Origin: Octopus sinensis
Lineage: Eukaryota
Length of the DNA stretch: 64,000 nucleotides
Direction of reading: 5' to 3'
Assembly: GCF_006345805.1 (NCBI RefSeq)
Contig: NW_021836313.1
Location: 1 to 64,000, forward strand
Shown here: piece by piece, positions 38,584 to 50,520 of the stretch
How positions within the stretch are numbered: position 1 is the stretch's first letter
Layout: the number at the start of each line of letters is the position of its first letter
Program-made: the position numbers and the translations under genes
Notes under the pieces: model-generated
What the model saw: the letters and a program-made list of their open reading frames with translations, nothing else
The model's database searches: none
Told to the model about the DNA's origin: nothing

Positions 38584-39749
38584 CGTGTACTTGTAAGTAT
38601 GTATAAATATGATTGTATATATTATATCATATTGGTGTATGTATATAATATATAGTATATTGTATATATATATATGTGTGTGTGTGTATACATATACATA
38701 TTGCATAAATGTATATATATGTATGTGTGTATAAATATATATATATTATGCGTATATATATATGTATATGTATATATTTACATATGTATGTCTACATGTA
38801 TGAGTGTATCCATATATTATCCTAGCAATATACATTTTATCTCATATTTTTTATCCTGTTCATACTATACATATTTTGTATTCTTTGTATTTTTTTTATA
38901 TAAGTATTTGTATTTGACGTGTTATCTACTTTCTATATTTGTCTGCATATATATATATATACATATGCATGCCTCTATATACACACATGCGTAAATACTT
39001 GCAGACCATCCTATTGTATATTTGTATCTATATAGTATTATGTGTACATATATATTTGCATCATTATATTTTCGTCTCCATGTGCATGATTTCTAGATAA
39101 ATTTTCCGTCTTATTTATCACACTTTAAATATAATCTTGGGCTTCATTTTAAAAAAAAGAATTTAATATTTACATTTAACATGTTATCGACTTCATATTT
39201 ATTTGAAAATATGCTGCAATACTTATCTGTTAAGTTTGTATTTTTAACTTTTACATATCATGTAGTTAAAACGCAGCTGGTTTCTTATGCAATGAGAGCT
39301 GGTGAAGTCAAACCGAGAGGAGAGCAGACGACCAGGTTTTACCAATAATTTTCTGTTCAAAAGTCTGCCATTTGAGATGTAACCTGTAGCGTACTTTCTC
39401 CAGCAGGCGACGTGATAAACTGGTATCAAAGCCAGGCTTCGTCGACGACAGGCTGAGTGTTGCAAGTTAAAAAAGAACCAACTGCTTTCTGTTGTTTCGT
39501 TACAAACCTTATAACGTTGAAAATGAAAATGTTTGGTGTCCTGGACCCTGGAAAGTCTTCTCTACGCAGTTTGATCAGAGTGGAGTTGGTCTGAATTCTA
39601 AGAAGTGGAATCGCTCTCTTTACGCATCACCCACGCCATTCCTATGGTTAATGCATTGTTTTTTGTTTGGCTCGGTGAATATATTTCCTTACAAACTATT
39701 GAGACGTTGAATTCTGTTTGCCTGTCTGTCTGCCTTCCAGCCTTTCTGG

Positions 39750-39833
<84 letters not shown>

Positions 39834-39842
39834 GGGAGAGAT

Positions 39843-40015
39843 AACGAAAAAAAAAAGACGAAGACAGGTGGTGTACAAAACAAACAGATGTATTAGTATA
39901 ATGATCAGGAATAGAAAAAGTATTTTACGTTTCGAGCCTATGCTCTTCTGCAGAAAGGGACACAGAAAAAAAAAACAAGGAGAGAGGAAAATGTGTGTAG
40001 TAGCTAACGATCTAT
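39843..40015 (-). mobile_element. Family E repeat (copy 2)
   Basis: Minus motif CTTT-CTGCAGA-A-GAGCATAGGCTC-GAAA-CGTA-AAAT at 39922-39957; lies between (TCTA)n tracts. Confidence 0.7.
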
Positions 40016-40044
40016 CTATCTATCAATCTATCTATCTATCTATA

Positions 40045-40133
<89 letters not shown>

Positions 40134-40290
40134 GTCTGTTTGTCAGATTGTCCGTCTGTCTGTCTATACTTAAACTCTATATATGTGCGTGTGTGTGTTG
40201 TGTGTGTGCGTGTGGTGTGTGAGTGTTTGTGTGTGTGTGTGTGTGTGTGTATGTGTGTGTGTGTGTGTGTGAGAGTAGATCAAAAATATC

Positions 40291-40610
40291 AGGAGGTATG
40301 AGAGGTAAATATTTTCATATAACCCCTTGATATCCGTAGGATTACGGCTGTTTTGCAGCCTCCATCATGTAATAATGATTTCAGAGTATAAAATTATTTG
40401 TTGTTCTGCTGATCTGAAGAGCTAGCCTTCTACATCTGCGTTGATTTATAAATGTACAAATGTACTGCGCAATGTGTAGCATGCATATTGCTGCAGGTAT
40501 ATACAATTTTTATACTCTGAAATTAATATTACACGTCAAAAGCTATGAAACGGCCGTAACCCTACGGATAGGAAGCGATTAAATAAATATATTCACCTCT
40601 TATACCTCCT
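40291..40610. mobile_element. Foldback MITE with long imperfect TIRs
   Basis: AGGAGGTATGAGAGGT / ACCTCTTATACCTCCT; TATCCGTAGGATTACGGC / GCCGTAACCCTACGGATA; TTTCAGAGTATAAAA / TTTTATACTCTGAAA. Confidence 0.75.
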
Positions 40611-41679
40611 CCTCACACTTTACAGCTTATATATGCTCCTCATGAGACAATTTCATCGATTGGATCTCCCGGATTTCAGCCACATAGCACTCAACATTAT
40701 ACTCCTCTGTACTGGATTACTACGTTGTATGATAGCCGAGTCCACTAGAGGAGCTTTCTGTAATTGCTACAAGATTCTATGAGCTCGTACATTGCACTGC
40801 ACACACACACACACGTATGTTTGTATGAATATGAAGCTCTTTTTCCCGTAGATTAACATTTATTCATTTTTTTTTAAATAGTCATTTGTTTGTTAATCAG
40901 TAGGTTCATATTTTTAAAGTAGGTTTCTCAACGCTTTGGGTTTGGGGAATATTATTTTGTTTGATTTTTCTGTATTGAATCTCTCCCTATTGTTACCAAC
41001 TTTCTAGCTTCATTTGGATTATTTAATTTAATTTAACACAAATATTTCTAATTTTGTTCTGCAGAACTGTAGATTTTTGTCTCCACCTCGGCCCATACGC
41101 ATGTATTATTTATATTATTCGGTGTGCGTATTGACGTACGTCTGCATAAATATATATTGACTTGTTATCGTATTTATCTGTTGATATCATATTTTTTTAA
41201 TATTTCGTGTAAATTGATAATTTTTTGTCTGATATTTATTTCCTTTACACTTGTGTGGCTGTTAGTCAGCTTTTTACATTCCATAACTGATAACGATATC
41301 AATTCCCACACTTCAGCATCTACTTCGAAAGTCTTTAAAAAAACTGCCTTCTAAAAATCTACGACGCAAGCGATATCTGTTTCTGCAGTTAATAATCAAC
41401 CCTGTGAAATTTCGTTAACATTTAGTTTCAATAAAGTAGTTATTACTCTATTCTTATAGTAGTTGGTTGGTAAAACTTTATTCTTTGTCATTCGGCTTTG
41501 TAATTCCTATCACTCAATATCTATTGAGTTATAAATATTATATGCTTGTTACTATCAATATTGGAGTTCTTCTTTGGTACAGAAATGTCTACAGAAAAGT
41601 AATCTATGGTATGTATGTATATGTATGTATGTATTATGTATGTATGTATGTATGTATGTGCGTATGTATGTACATGTGC

Positions 41680-41967
41680 AGATTTGTATACTTTACTTTA
41701 TGTATGTATTCTCATGCATATAGTTGCATGTCTAGACATGCTCATAGATATCAAAATGATACACTTCTGGGAAGTTTTACAGATTTTTACAGTTCCAGTG
41801 ATGGATTGGATCTATAGCCTTCGATTTAGCTTTCTCCTTTCTGGTTTTGAGAAGCCTAATTTCTCAAGATTGGTATTTAGGTAGTGTGATACATATCCCA
41901 GGGCCCCAATAATTACAAGTGTAAACCTGAACTTGTTATCTGGATAAAGTAACTGCAGATTTCTCAA
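41680..41967 (-). mobile_element. RLE-type LINE extreme 3' fragment in (CATA)n
   Basis: LRNLQLLYPDNKFRFTLVIIGALGYVSHYLNTNLEKLGFS...GTVKICKT (IGALG motif of RLE C-termini); flanked by (TATG)n on both sides. Confidence 0.6.
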
Positions 41968-42294
41968 TGTATGTATGTATGTATGTATGTATGTATGTAT
42001 GTATGTATGTATGTATGTATGGATGGATGGATGTATGTATGTATGTATGTATGTGTACATGTATGTATATGTGTGTGTATGTATGTATGTATGTATGTAT
42101 GTATGCATGCATGTATATGTGTATGTATGTATGTATGTATGTATGTATGTATATGTGTATGTATGTATGTATGTATGCAGGTATGTATGTATGTATGTAT
42201 ATAAGCATGTATGTCTGTATGTGTGTATGTGTATGCGTGTATGTATGTATGCGTGTATGTCTGTATGTGTGTATGTCTACATGTCCGTATGTAT

Positions 42295-42591
42295 TGTAGT
42301 GTAGTTACTCGTCGCCGATTGTCGTAGCGTCGCCAATAGTTACGCGGATACATTTTTTACTCTACAACCGCGTAGTAACAATAACACCAATAACGAAGCT
42401 GGGTAACAACAACCTAACAATCCGACCAACTCTCCACCAACCATCAAACGATATTCCGATCAGCTGCCAAAACGACACCTTACCACTTCCTGCGATTAAT
42501 GCCTATTCTCTCCCTCACTCTGACTGCTACGGTTTATAGTTGTTCGGACAAGTCTATTCTCGCAGCGAGTGTCCTGACTCTCGCCACAACA
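42295..42591 (-). mobile_element. Solo LTR (297 bp)
   Basis: TG...CA termini with inverted 7-mers TGTAGTG / CACAACA; GTAT 4-bp TSD at 42291-42294 and 42592-42595; CTATAAA on minus strand. Confidence 0.6.
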
Positions 42592-42650
42592 GTATGTATG
42601 TATGAATGAATGCGTGTGTGTGTGGTGTGTGTGTGTATACATACATACAT

Positions 42651-42739
<89 letters not shown>

Positions 42740-42743
<4 letters not shown>

Positions 42744-43188
42744 TGTTGTATTTAGGAATGGTCATTTTGCCAGTTTAGCCAATAAAAACACACGCACTAT
42801 ATATTTGGCGTTACTTTGCTTCAGCGTTATTGAATCTTAATCTTATTTCAGCCAGAGTTCTTTCGTCACACCCCTGTGACCTCATCAGTGGTCCTTTGCT
42901 TTCTTCTTTCGTATTCGTGTGTTTCTCCTTACTAACGGTCAGCCATTTTGTATTCCTATTTTATGTGTCTTCATTTGCGCATGCGTATACCTCTATGTGT
43001 GTCTATGTTTAGTTAGTGTGTGTGGGGGGGTGATGGAAGTGCCTGTAATATTTGTATCTGCTGGCCGAAATAAGATTAATATTAATGTAAAAAATAAATA
43101 ACGCTGAAGCAAAGTAACACCAAATATATAGTGCGTGTGTTTTTATTGGCTAAACTGGCAAAATGACCATTCCTAAATGCAACAATAT
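42740..43188. mobile_element. Inverted repeat pair (~115-125-bp arms, ~205-bp spacer)
   Basis: 42740-42855 is the reverse complement of 43061-43188 (TAGGAATGGTCATTTTGCCAGTTTAGCCAATAAAAACACACGCACTATATATTTGG); a fragment of the same family lies at ~36570-36595. Confidence 0.85.
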
Positions 43189-43274
43189 CTGTTTCCATAC
43201 ACGATTTCACATCAAAAATCTTGCAAAATAAATATATATATATATATAATAATATTAATAAAAAAAAATATACT

Positions 43275-43312
<38 letters not shown>

Positions 43313-43325
43313 ATATATATATTAT

Positions 43326-43371
<46 letters not shown>

Positions 43372-43637
43372 TGTATGTATGTATGTATGTATGTATGTAT
43401 GACAATAATAATAATACAAGGATGGCAATTTATGGGCTTTAATTATACATCGTAACATATGTTTCAATACCCCACAACATCACGAAGCTGCAATTTTTCA
43501 TATTCATGTAATATTATTTAAGATTACTCTTAATAATTATGTATTTGAATATGTTTTAGCACCATTCTTTTTTATTATATTTGCTGTTTAGTTCAAGCGT
43601 TGAAGCGGGCAAGCTGATCTAGACCAGTGATCTAGAC

Positions 43638-43940
43638 CAGTGCTACTCGAAGCGGTGGTCCACGGACCGGCGCCGGCCGCGAGCCATCAGCTGCTGGTAC
43701 ACGGCGAGTTTCCAGAAAAGAAAGAAACATTATAAAATGTTCATGAAATGCTTATGTAATATTGTATTATTTGTTTACAAAATAAATACAATATACAAAA
43801 ATATTGTCAACTTCTATTATATTCATTATATATATTGTTTCCGGTATAAATTAATGTTACTAAGAAATATTACTGGTCCCTGGCACATTGGGGAAAATAG
43901 AAGTGCCGGTAGGCCACATCAAATTGTTTGAGAAGCACTG
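43638..43940. mobile_element. hAT (Charlie-type) MITE
   Basis: TIRs CAGTGCTACTCGAA / TTGAGAAGCACTG; 8-bp flanks ATCTAGAC and CTCTAGAA share the NTCTAGAN target typical of Charlie hATs. Confidence 0.8.
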
Positions 43941-44022
43941 CTCTAGAATGTATCACTATGTGTCGCATTCATAAGTCACGACAAGTTACTCAGGCATAGA
44001 GACAGACATACTAATAGGCATC

Positions 44023-44074
<52 letters not shown>

Positions 44075-44201
44075 TGTGGTGTGCGTGCGTGCGTGTGTGT
44101 GTGCGTGTGTGCGTGCGTGCGTGCGTGCGTGTGTGTGTGTGTGTGTGTGTGTGCGTGCGTGTGTGTGTGTGTGTGTGTGCGCGTGCGTGTGTGTGCGTGT
44201 G

Positions 44202-44240
<39 letters not shown>

Positions 44241-44739
44241 ACGTGTGCATGTATAGTAGGTTGATAGTTTACAACACTAACTGACCATGATGTTTTCATC
44301 CCTTACGTTGTACAGAAGTTATAGACCTCCGGCCATTCGAGTATTGTTGTAGTGCATAAAGCCATATACGCTTCGCTTTTACTGTCCTCCTATTATTCCT
44401 CTGTCTCACCCTGCTGATCGCGGTACACCCGCCACTGCTGACCTACTAAAATCTACCACCACCAACAGCCCCTACGCCAATACTCTGCCAGGCTTGACAC
44501 CAGTCGCTTATCAGTCGGTCTATCACCAATTTTTAATAAATAATCTGTAAAAATGTGTAAATATTAGTTTTTCCATTGCTATAATAGAAACAATATTAAA
44601 TTGAAGGATTAATCGATACCTTTGTAGGATCCAAATTTATTATTCTCTTTAACAAAAATGATATTGACAGTGACTTCGAAGTTTCGGCCATCTAAGTTAT
44701 TACTGGACTATGGTATTTGAGTCCATAATGGCTTTATAT

Positions 44740-45819
44740 CAGGCATGTCAAACTGAGGGTCCCCCGAGGGTCATATGGGTCACATTTGTGTTGTCATGAG
44801 GGCTGCACTCGATTCAATTCTAATTGAAGTCATTTAATTAGAATTATTGTAAAATATTTTTCTTCCTTATACTTGGAAACACAGTGTGGGTTGGCCACAT
44901 TCCAGAATGCAAAGTAATGAAGATTAACAAAAGAAAAAAAAAACGAAATTTTAAATGGCAACATAGATTTGAATGTATCAGCAACAAATACATTGTACAA
45001 AAATTACAATATTTCAAAATGAACATTTATTTACGACTCTTCAAACCTTTTTAGTGCTTTGTCCTGAGGCTTGACATCTCTTTTTGCTGACTATTTTTGG
45101 TATTTCGTGGCTGAAATGTCTTTGCAGTTCCGAGTTTGATCAGAGATGACAAGTGTCAGCCTTGTTCTTTCCGAAGTTTTTGTTGATTTCATGAAGGAAA
45201 ATAACTGTTCACACATAAATAGAACGAAACATTGGCTGTAATCCTTGTGGCAAAGTTTTTAAAGTTTTTAGAAAGGTATGAAAAGAAACTAGGTATCTCC
45301 AACTCAAAATACTTTGATCTGAGTGAAGAATTCCGACTGTATTTCTAATAGTTTCATCTGCAGGCTCTCTTCTGCCTTGGCAACATCGAAGGTGAATGGT
45401 GCTGAGAATAATGCAAACGGATGTTCAAAAGATGAGAAATCAACGAAATTTTCCTGAAATTCCTTTGATAACAATTCCAGGTGACTGCCATACTTGGCGA
45501 AGCTAAGTACAGACTCAGTATTAGAACTGCTTTTCAGCTCTTTGCACTTAGGAAAATGAACTAAATTATCATTTGACAACTGTGACTTCCATAAGCTTCA
45601 TTTTGTAATGAAGCACCTGATGCCATCATATAACTGAGTGATGAGTTTGTTTTAACCTTGTAATTTCAAGTTGAGATTAGTTAATTGTGAATTGTATAAA
45701 GTTCTTTCTGCCTGTAATCAGGCACTAATTCGATGATGCCAATGCGCTCGGGAGGATGGGGCGGCCGTCTGTGCGGGACGCAGGTGTGTTTGCAGTGGGC
45801 CGCATGTTTGACATGCCTG
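44740..45819 (-). mobile_element. Internally deleted hAT transposon (SPIN/GTF2IRD2-like transposase C-terminus)
   Basis: Perfect 14-bp TIRs CAGGCATGTCAAAC; 8-bp TSD CTTTATAT / CTTTATGT; minus strand LQGKNKLITQLYD...LVHFPKC...EFQENF...FSAPF...LQMKLLEIQS...CEQLFSFMK. Confidence 0.9.
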
Positions 45820-47128
45820 CTTTATGTAGTCTTTCTTGAGTTAAAATTTTTCTGGGTTGGATGGAGTTCTATTGACTGGTAATTAGGTTAGGGTAGGTTG
45901 TGATGGGGAGGTGTCATGGGGAAAATTTTTATTGATTAAATCTGTGGTTGCTCAGAATTGATTCACGCATGTACAATTTTGTAATCAGATGTGCATATTT
46001 AGGTGTATCAGTTTCATATCATGAGGTTGAGCAAGCGAAAAGTATTGCCTACTTTGGGAAGGTCATTCTGTCAATGGAATCATTACTGTTAATTATCGAT
46101 TAGTTTATTTCGTTCGTCGAAACATTTTCGTAACACATCTGTGACCCTCTGAATCGATTTCCAACTGATTTTTCTTCCGTATTGTGTTTGTATGTTGCAG
46201 AGTATCATTTATATGTCGCCATGCATGTATGTATTTGTCTGGGCTCTCGTGTTACTGTGTGTAAGTGCTTATGTGAATGTGTGTGAGTGTGCGTGGATGT
46301 GTCTGTATTTACTGTAGTGAGCGTCCATATGTGCATGTGTGTGTGTTTCCACGCGAGTGTGTTTGTATGAAATGGTTAATCTCTGTATTTTCCCATTGAT
46401 GCGTTTTTCCTACTGAATTAGTTAACTTACAGCCTCTTTATTAAGTAAAGTTATCCAGTTGTTATTTTCTCTCCTTTAAGACAACATTATTTGATTTCCA
46501 GCTTCTTACAAGCTTGAGTAAACCTTTCAATGCTTCATTTTTGTAGTTGGTTTGAAGGAAACATATACGGTACATTTATAGCAAACTAATGAGAAATTTG
46601 CAGCTAATGCACTCGGACTCTTTCTTTATATATTTATAATATTTGTAACTATCGGGCTTTTGGTTACTTAATTAACAACCTCAGAACTAATCTTGAGAGT
46701 CTGTGTTCCACAAAACCATAAAAAACATAACTAATTGGAAATTTACAGTCATGAGCTGAAACAAGGAAACTGGAAAAAATATTGACAACTTACCCGAAGT
46801 TTGCCTGTTGTACGTAATAAAACACACGCACACACACACACACACACAAATGCATTCACGCACACACTCTTAAGCACATGTAGGTTTACAAACACAGGCA
46901 TGAGTACACACATGTAAAGCATCAAAGCATGTAGATGTTTGCACCTTTATCTAAGAGCTTTGTGTAGCCACACATCTATCAAAACCTACAGATATGTACA
47001 GGTAACTGCTCAGTATGCAGGCGGTTTGATTCGGAGCTGGTGATGTCACTTTCGTTACTGAAAAGATATTTGAAAAATTAAACCATGAGGACACATAGAG
47101 ACGCATACATAAATATATATGTTTATAG

Positions 47129-47159
<31 letters not shown>

Positions 47160-47299
47160 AGTGTGTGTGCATGTGTGTATACTGTGTATTGTTACGAACG
47201 AAAAAATTATATTCAAATACTCTCTCGTTCGTACGATGCTGAATTGCAAGGCAAAACGAAAAAATAATTCTTTGTGGTCACGTGACCGTTTAACGCGTA

Positions 47300-47690
47300 G
47301 GCGGTATGACTTTGGCGCTCTTTTTACTGTGTGGGCGCACTATGAAGACTATTAGGGAACACGTGGTGACAGAGTTTGTTCGTGCTGGAAGCCAATGGTG
47401 CCAACCAGGTGGTTCGAAGTCTGCTGGAAGACGATGTGCGCCGTTGATGCCTGATGTGATGAAAGTCCATGCGAGCGGTCTTATGTTGTAGTCGGTGCCG
47501 TCGGTGAGTTATCAGAAGATGTGCAGATTAGTTACGCTTCAGTTCAGTCCATTATCACTGAAGATTAGGGTATGAGGCGCATGTCTGTCACGTTTGTGTC
47601 AAAACTGCTTTCAGTTGACCAAAATGGAATTCGGGTTTCAATTGCACAAGATCTTGATGCGTCGGGAACGATGAAAACTTTTTGAAAATT
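47300..47690 (+). mobile_element. Mariner transposase HTH-region remnant
   Basis: RSLLEDD...VGELSEDVQISYASVQSIITED*GMRRMSVTFVSKLLSVDQNGIRVSIAQDL...ENFLKI. Confidence 0.8.
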
Positions 47691-47926
47691 TTGTGTAGGC
47701 CTCTGAGCAGGTATCACCAAGCTTTTTCTGTCATGGTCAATACAAAGATCACACGCGACACACCTTCCTTCCAAGCACTGCCGTAAACAGCGGAAGTGCG
47801 CTAGAGCGTTAAGACTTAGTGTGCATGCACAGCAGAATTCAAAATCAATCTGTGGTGAGCAGCTTTGTTCTATGTGCTTCAGCTTCCTTACTATGAAAAT
47901 AGTCCGGATATTTATTGATCAGACCT

Positions 47927-47930
<4 letters not shown>
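47665..47930 (-). mobile_element. Mariner 5' end with TIR, inverted relative to the adjacent remnant
   Basis: TA-TGAGGTCTGATCAATAAATATCCGGACT TIR-like end; reads KLGDTCSEAYTK, resembling the mariner N-terminus. Confidence 0.65.
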
Positions 47931-47994
<64 letters not shown>

Positions 47995-48197
47995 AATGTG
48001 TGTGATATATAAATGTGTGTGTGTGTATATATATATATATGCCTTTCCCTTGGATAACTTCAGTGGTGTGGAGAGGAGAGGCTGGTACGCATGGGCGACT
48101 GCTGGGCATCCACAACCTTGCCCGGACTATTGCCTCGGAGGATAACTTTCTAGGTGCAATCCCATGGTCATTCATGACTGAAGTGGGGTGGTTTCCT

Positions 48198-48255
<58 letters not shown>

Positions 48256-48285
48256 AAAAGGAGATGTGGAACATGAGTTGTGATA

Positions 48286-48515
48286 TATAAAAAGGAAATG
48301 AAGAAAATGCTGACAAAAGTAATTTAAGTAATTTAATTAGGTAAAAGTTCTTTTTACCGGTTGCGCATTTGTTATGCTTATCAAAAGACAGATAAGAGGA
48401 AAAAATCTATCTTTTGATAAGCATAACAAATGCGCAACCGGTAAAAAGAACTTTCACCTAATTAAATTACTTAAATTACTTAAATTATGTTGTCAGCATT
48501 TTCTTCATTTCCTTT

Positions 48516-48519
<4 letters not shown>
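48286..48519. mobile_element. Palindromic element (~105-bp arms) between (TA)n tracts with hammerhead-like inner ends
   Basis: 48286-48393 is the near-perfect reverse complement of 48405-48519 apart from a short indel. Confidence 0.9.
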
Positions 48520-48548
<29 letters not shown>

Positions 48549-49337
48549 TATATATTATATATATATATATATATATAATATATATATACATATATATATA
48601 TAGTAAACAAAATTATTTTACTCCCCACGGGTAGAAATATAGGAAAAATAGATGTTGAAAATGGACTTAGGTAAAATGTAATAGTTAAAATATTTTTTAT
48701 CATTATTATATTTAAAGCGTTAACCGGTTTCACAGTTTGCATTGATTTTCAAAAAGTTCAAATAGAAAGACCTGGCTTATGTCGCAGCTGTCTTGCTTCT
48801 GACTAGTGTTTGACTCTTGCCCTATTTACATAGGGAGTTCGTGGCTCAAATTAGCAAATGTTTTGAATAGGATTTGATTGGTAGAGGATAGTCACATAAC
48901 TGGTTCTAGAAATTTTTGTAGGTTCTCCGCTACGTCCGTGTGTTAGTATCAAGTGACAATGCTTGCATTCGTAAGTTAAAGCCGACACGGTTGACTGAAC
49001 ATGTCTAAAGGCTGTCATTACTTTCGAGACTGTACTCCTTCATACACCAAACATTTCGGCTGTTTTCTTTACGCTAGCACCTACAACACGAACACCAACA
49101 ATTTGACCTCTTTGAAATTCCGATAGATGTGTCATTTTAATAAATTTTAATTACCTTTCACTGATGATAGCTGAAAAAACCCCAGCAATTTTAGCAAAAC
49201 ATATAAAGCAACACTAATAATAAATAAAAAATCCTAAAAATAAACAAGCATTTGATGTTTTTTTTTAGATATTTCAAAATTATGATGCTATGATGCTTGG
49301 TGTTTGCATTATTTTGTCCAACCCCTGTATATATATA

Positions 49338-49380
<43 letters not shown>

Positions 49381-49383
<3 letters not shown>

Positions 49384-49546
49384 CCGCTACACATCTTTAT
49401 TTTCTCTCTTGTTTCTTTGTGTGTTCCTTTCTGTGGAAGAGTATAGGCTCGAAACGTTAAAGACTTTTTCACTTCCGAGCATTATACTAATACATCTGTT
49501 TGTTGTCTACACAACCTGCCTTCGTCTTTTTTTGTGAATTATCCCC

Positions 49547-49581
<35 letters not shown>

Positions 49582-49850
49582 ATATATTATATATATATAT
49601 ATATACATACATGTATAATATATATATGTATTATATATAACGGGAGGTTTACGAAAATAAACAAAAGACGAAGGCAGGAGGAGTACAAACAAACAAATGT
49701 ATTAGTATGGCGCTCAGGAATAGAAATAGAACAAGCCTTTTACGTTTCGAGCCTACGCTCCTCTACAGAAAGATACACAGAAAAGAAACAAGGAGAGAAA
49801 CAAAGAGAGAAAAAATGCGTGTAGGAGCTAACGGTCTATCATGGCGTTCT
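49381..49850. mobile_element. Tail-to-tail pair of family E repeats around (TA)n (copies 3 and 4)
   Basis: Plus-sense copy 49381-49540 (motif 49427-49462) and minus-sense copy 49640-49850 (motif 49737-49772). Confidence 0.8.
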
Positions 49851-50297
49851 GACTTCAGGCAGAAGTCAGAGGCCAGAGGTCAGACGTTAGACGCTAGAGG
49901 GATAGTAGGGGAGATAACAGGGTCAAGTGACTTCCAAACACTCATCTGAATATATATGTTTTTGCCTAAATACACACCCATACGCGTACTCACCTATGCG
50001 CAGATATATTTCTATAAGCACTTTCAGACGTATATTCCGTTAGGCACACGTGGGCATGCACGTACTCGCACCAATATATTATCTTCACTGAATGCCAGTT
50101 ACCACGGGCCAGCATGTGACATTCAAACTTGGAAACTTAGACTAACTTGTGAAGTGTTCGTGATCTTATTACCTGTCAAGTGAAAATGTAGCTTAAATAC
50201 ATTCCCGCTCCTACTTGCAGTCATATTACGTACAACACGGCCCCAGATGCCTAGCTATGTACATTGTGTGTGTACACACACACACATATTATATATA

Positions 50298-50343
<46 letters not shown>

Positions 50344-50464
50344 CACGTACATGTTTATGCTGTGTAAATGCCTGTATATTTATTTATATACTTATAAATA
50401 TACTCACATACAAGGCTACATGCATACATTGACATACGTACACAGGCTCACACAGGCACACTTG

Positions 50465-50520
50465 CAGTTCTCCAGCATGGCCGCAGTCAAATGACTGAAA
50501 CAAATAAAATGAAAAATAGA
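50465..50520 (+). mobile_element. SINE family A 3' tip
   Basis: CTCCAGCATGGCCGCAGTCAAATGACTGAAACAAATAAAA. Confidence 0.7.
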
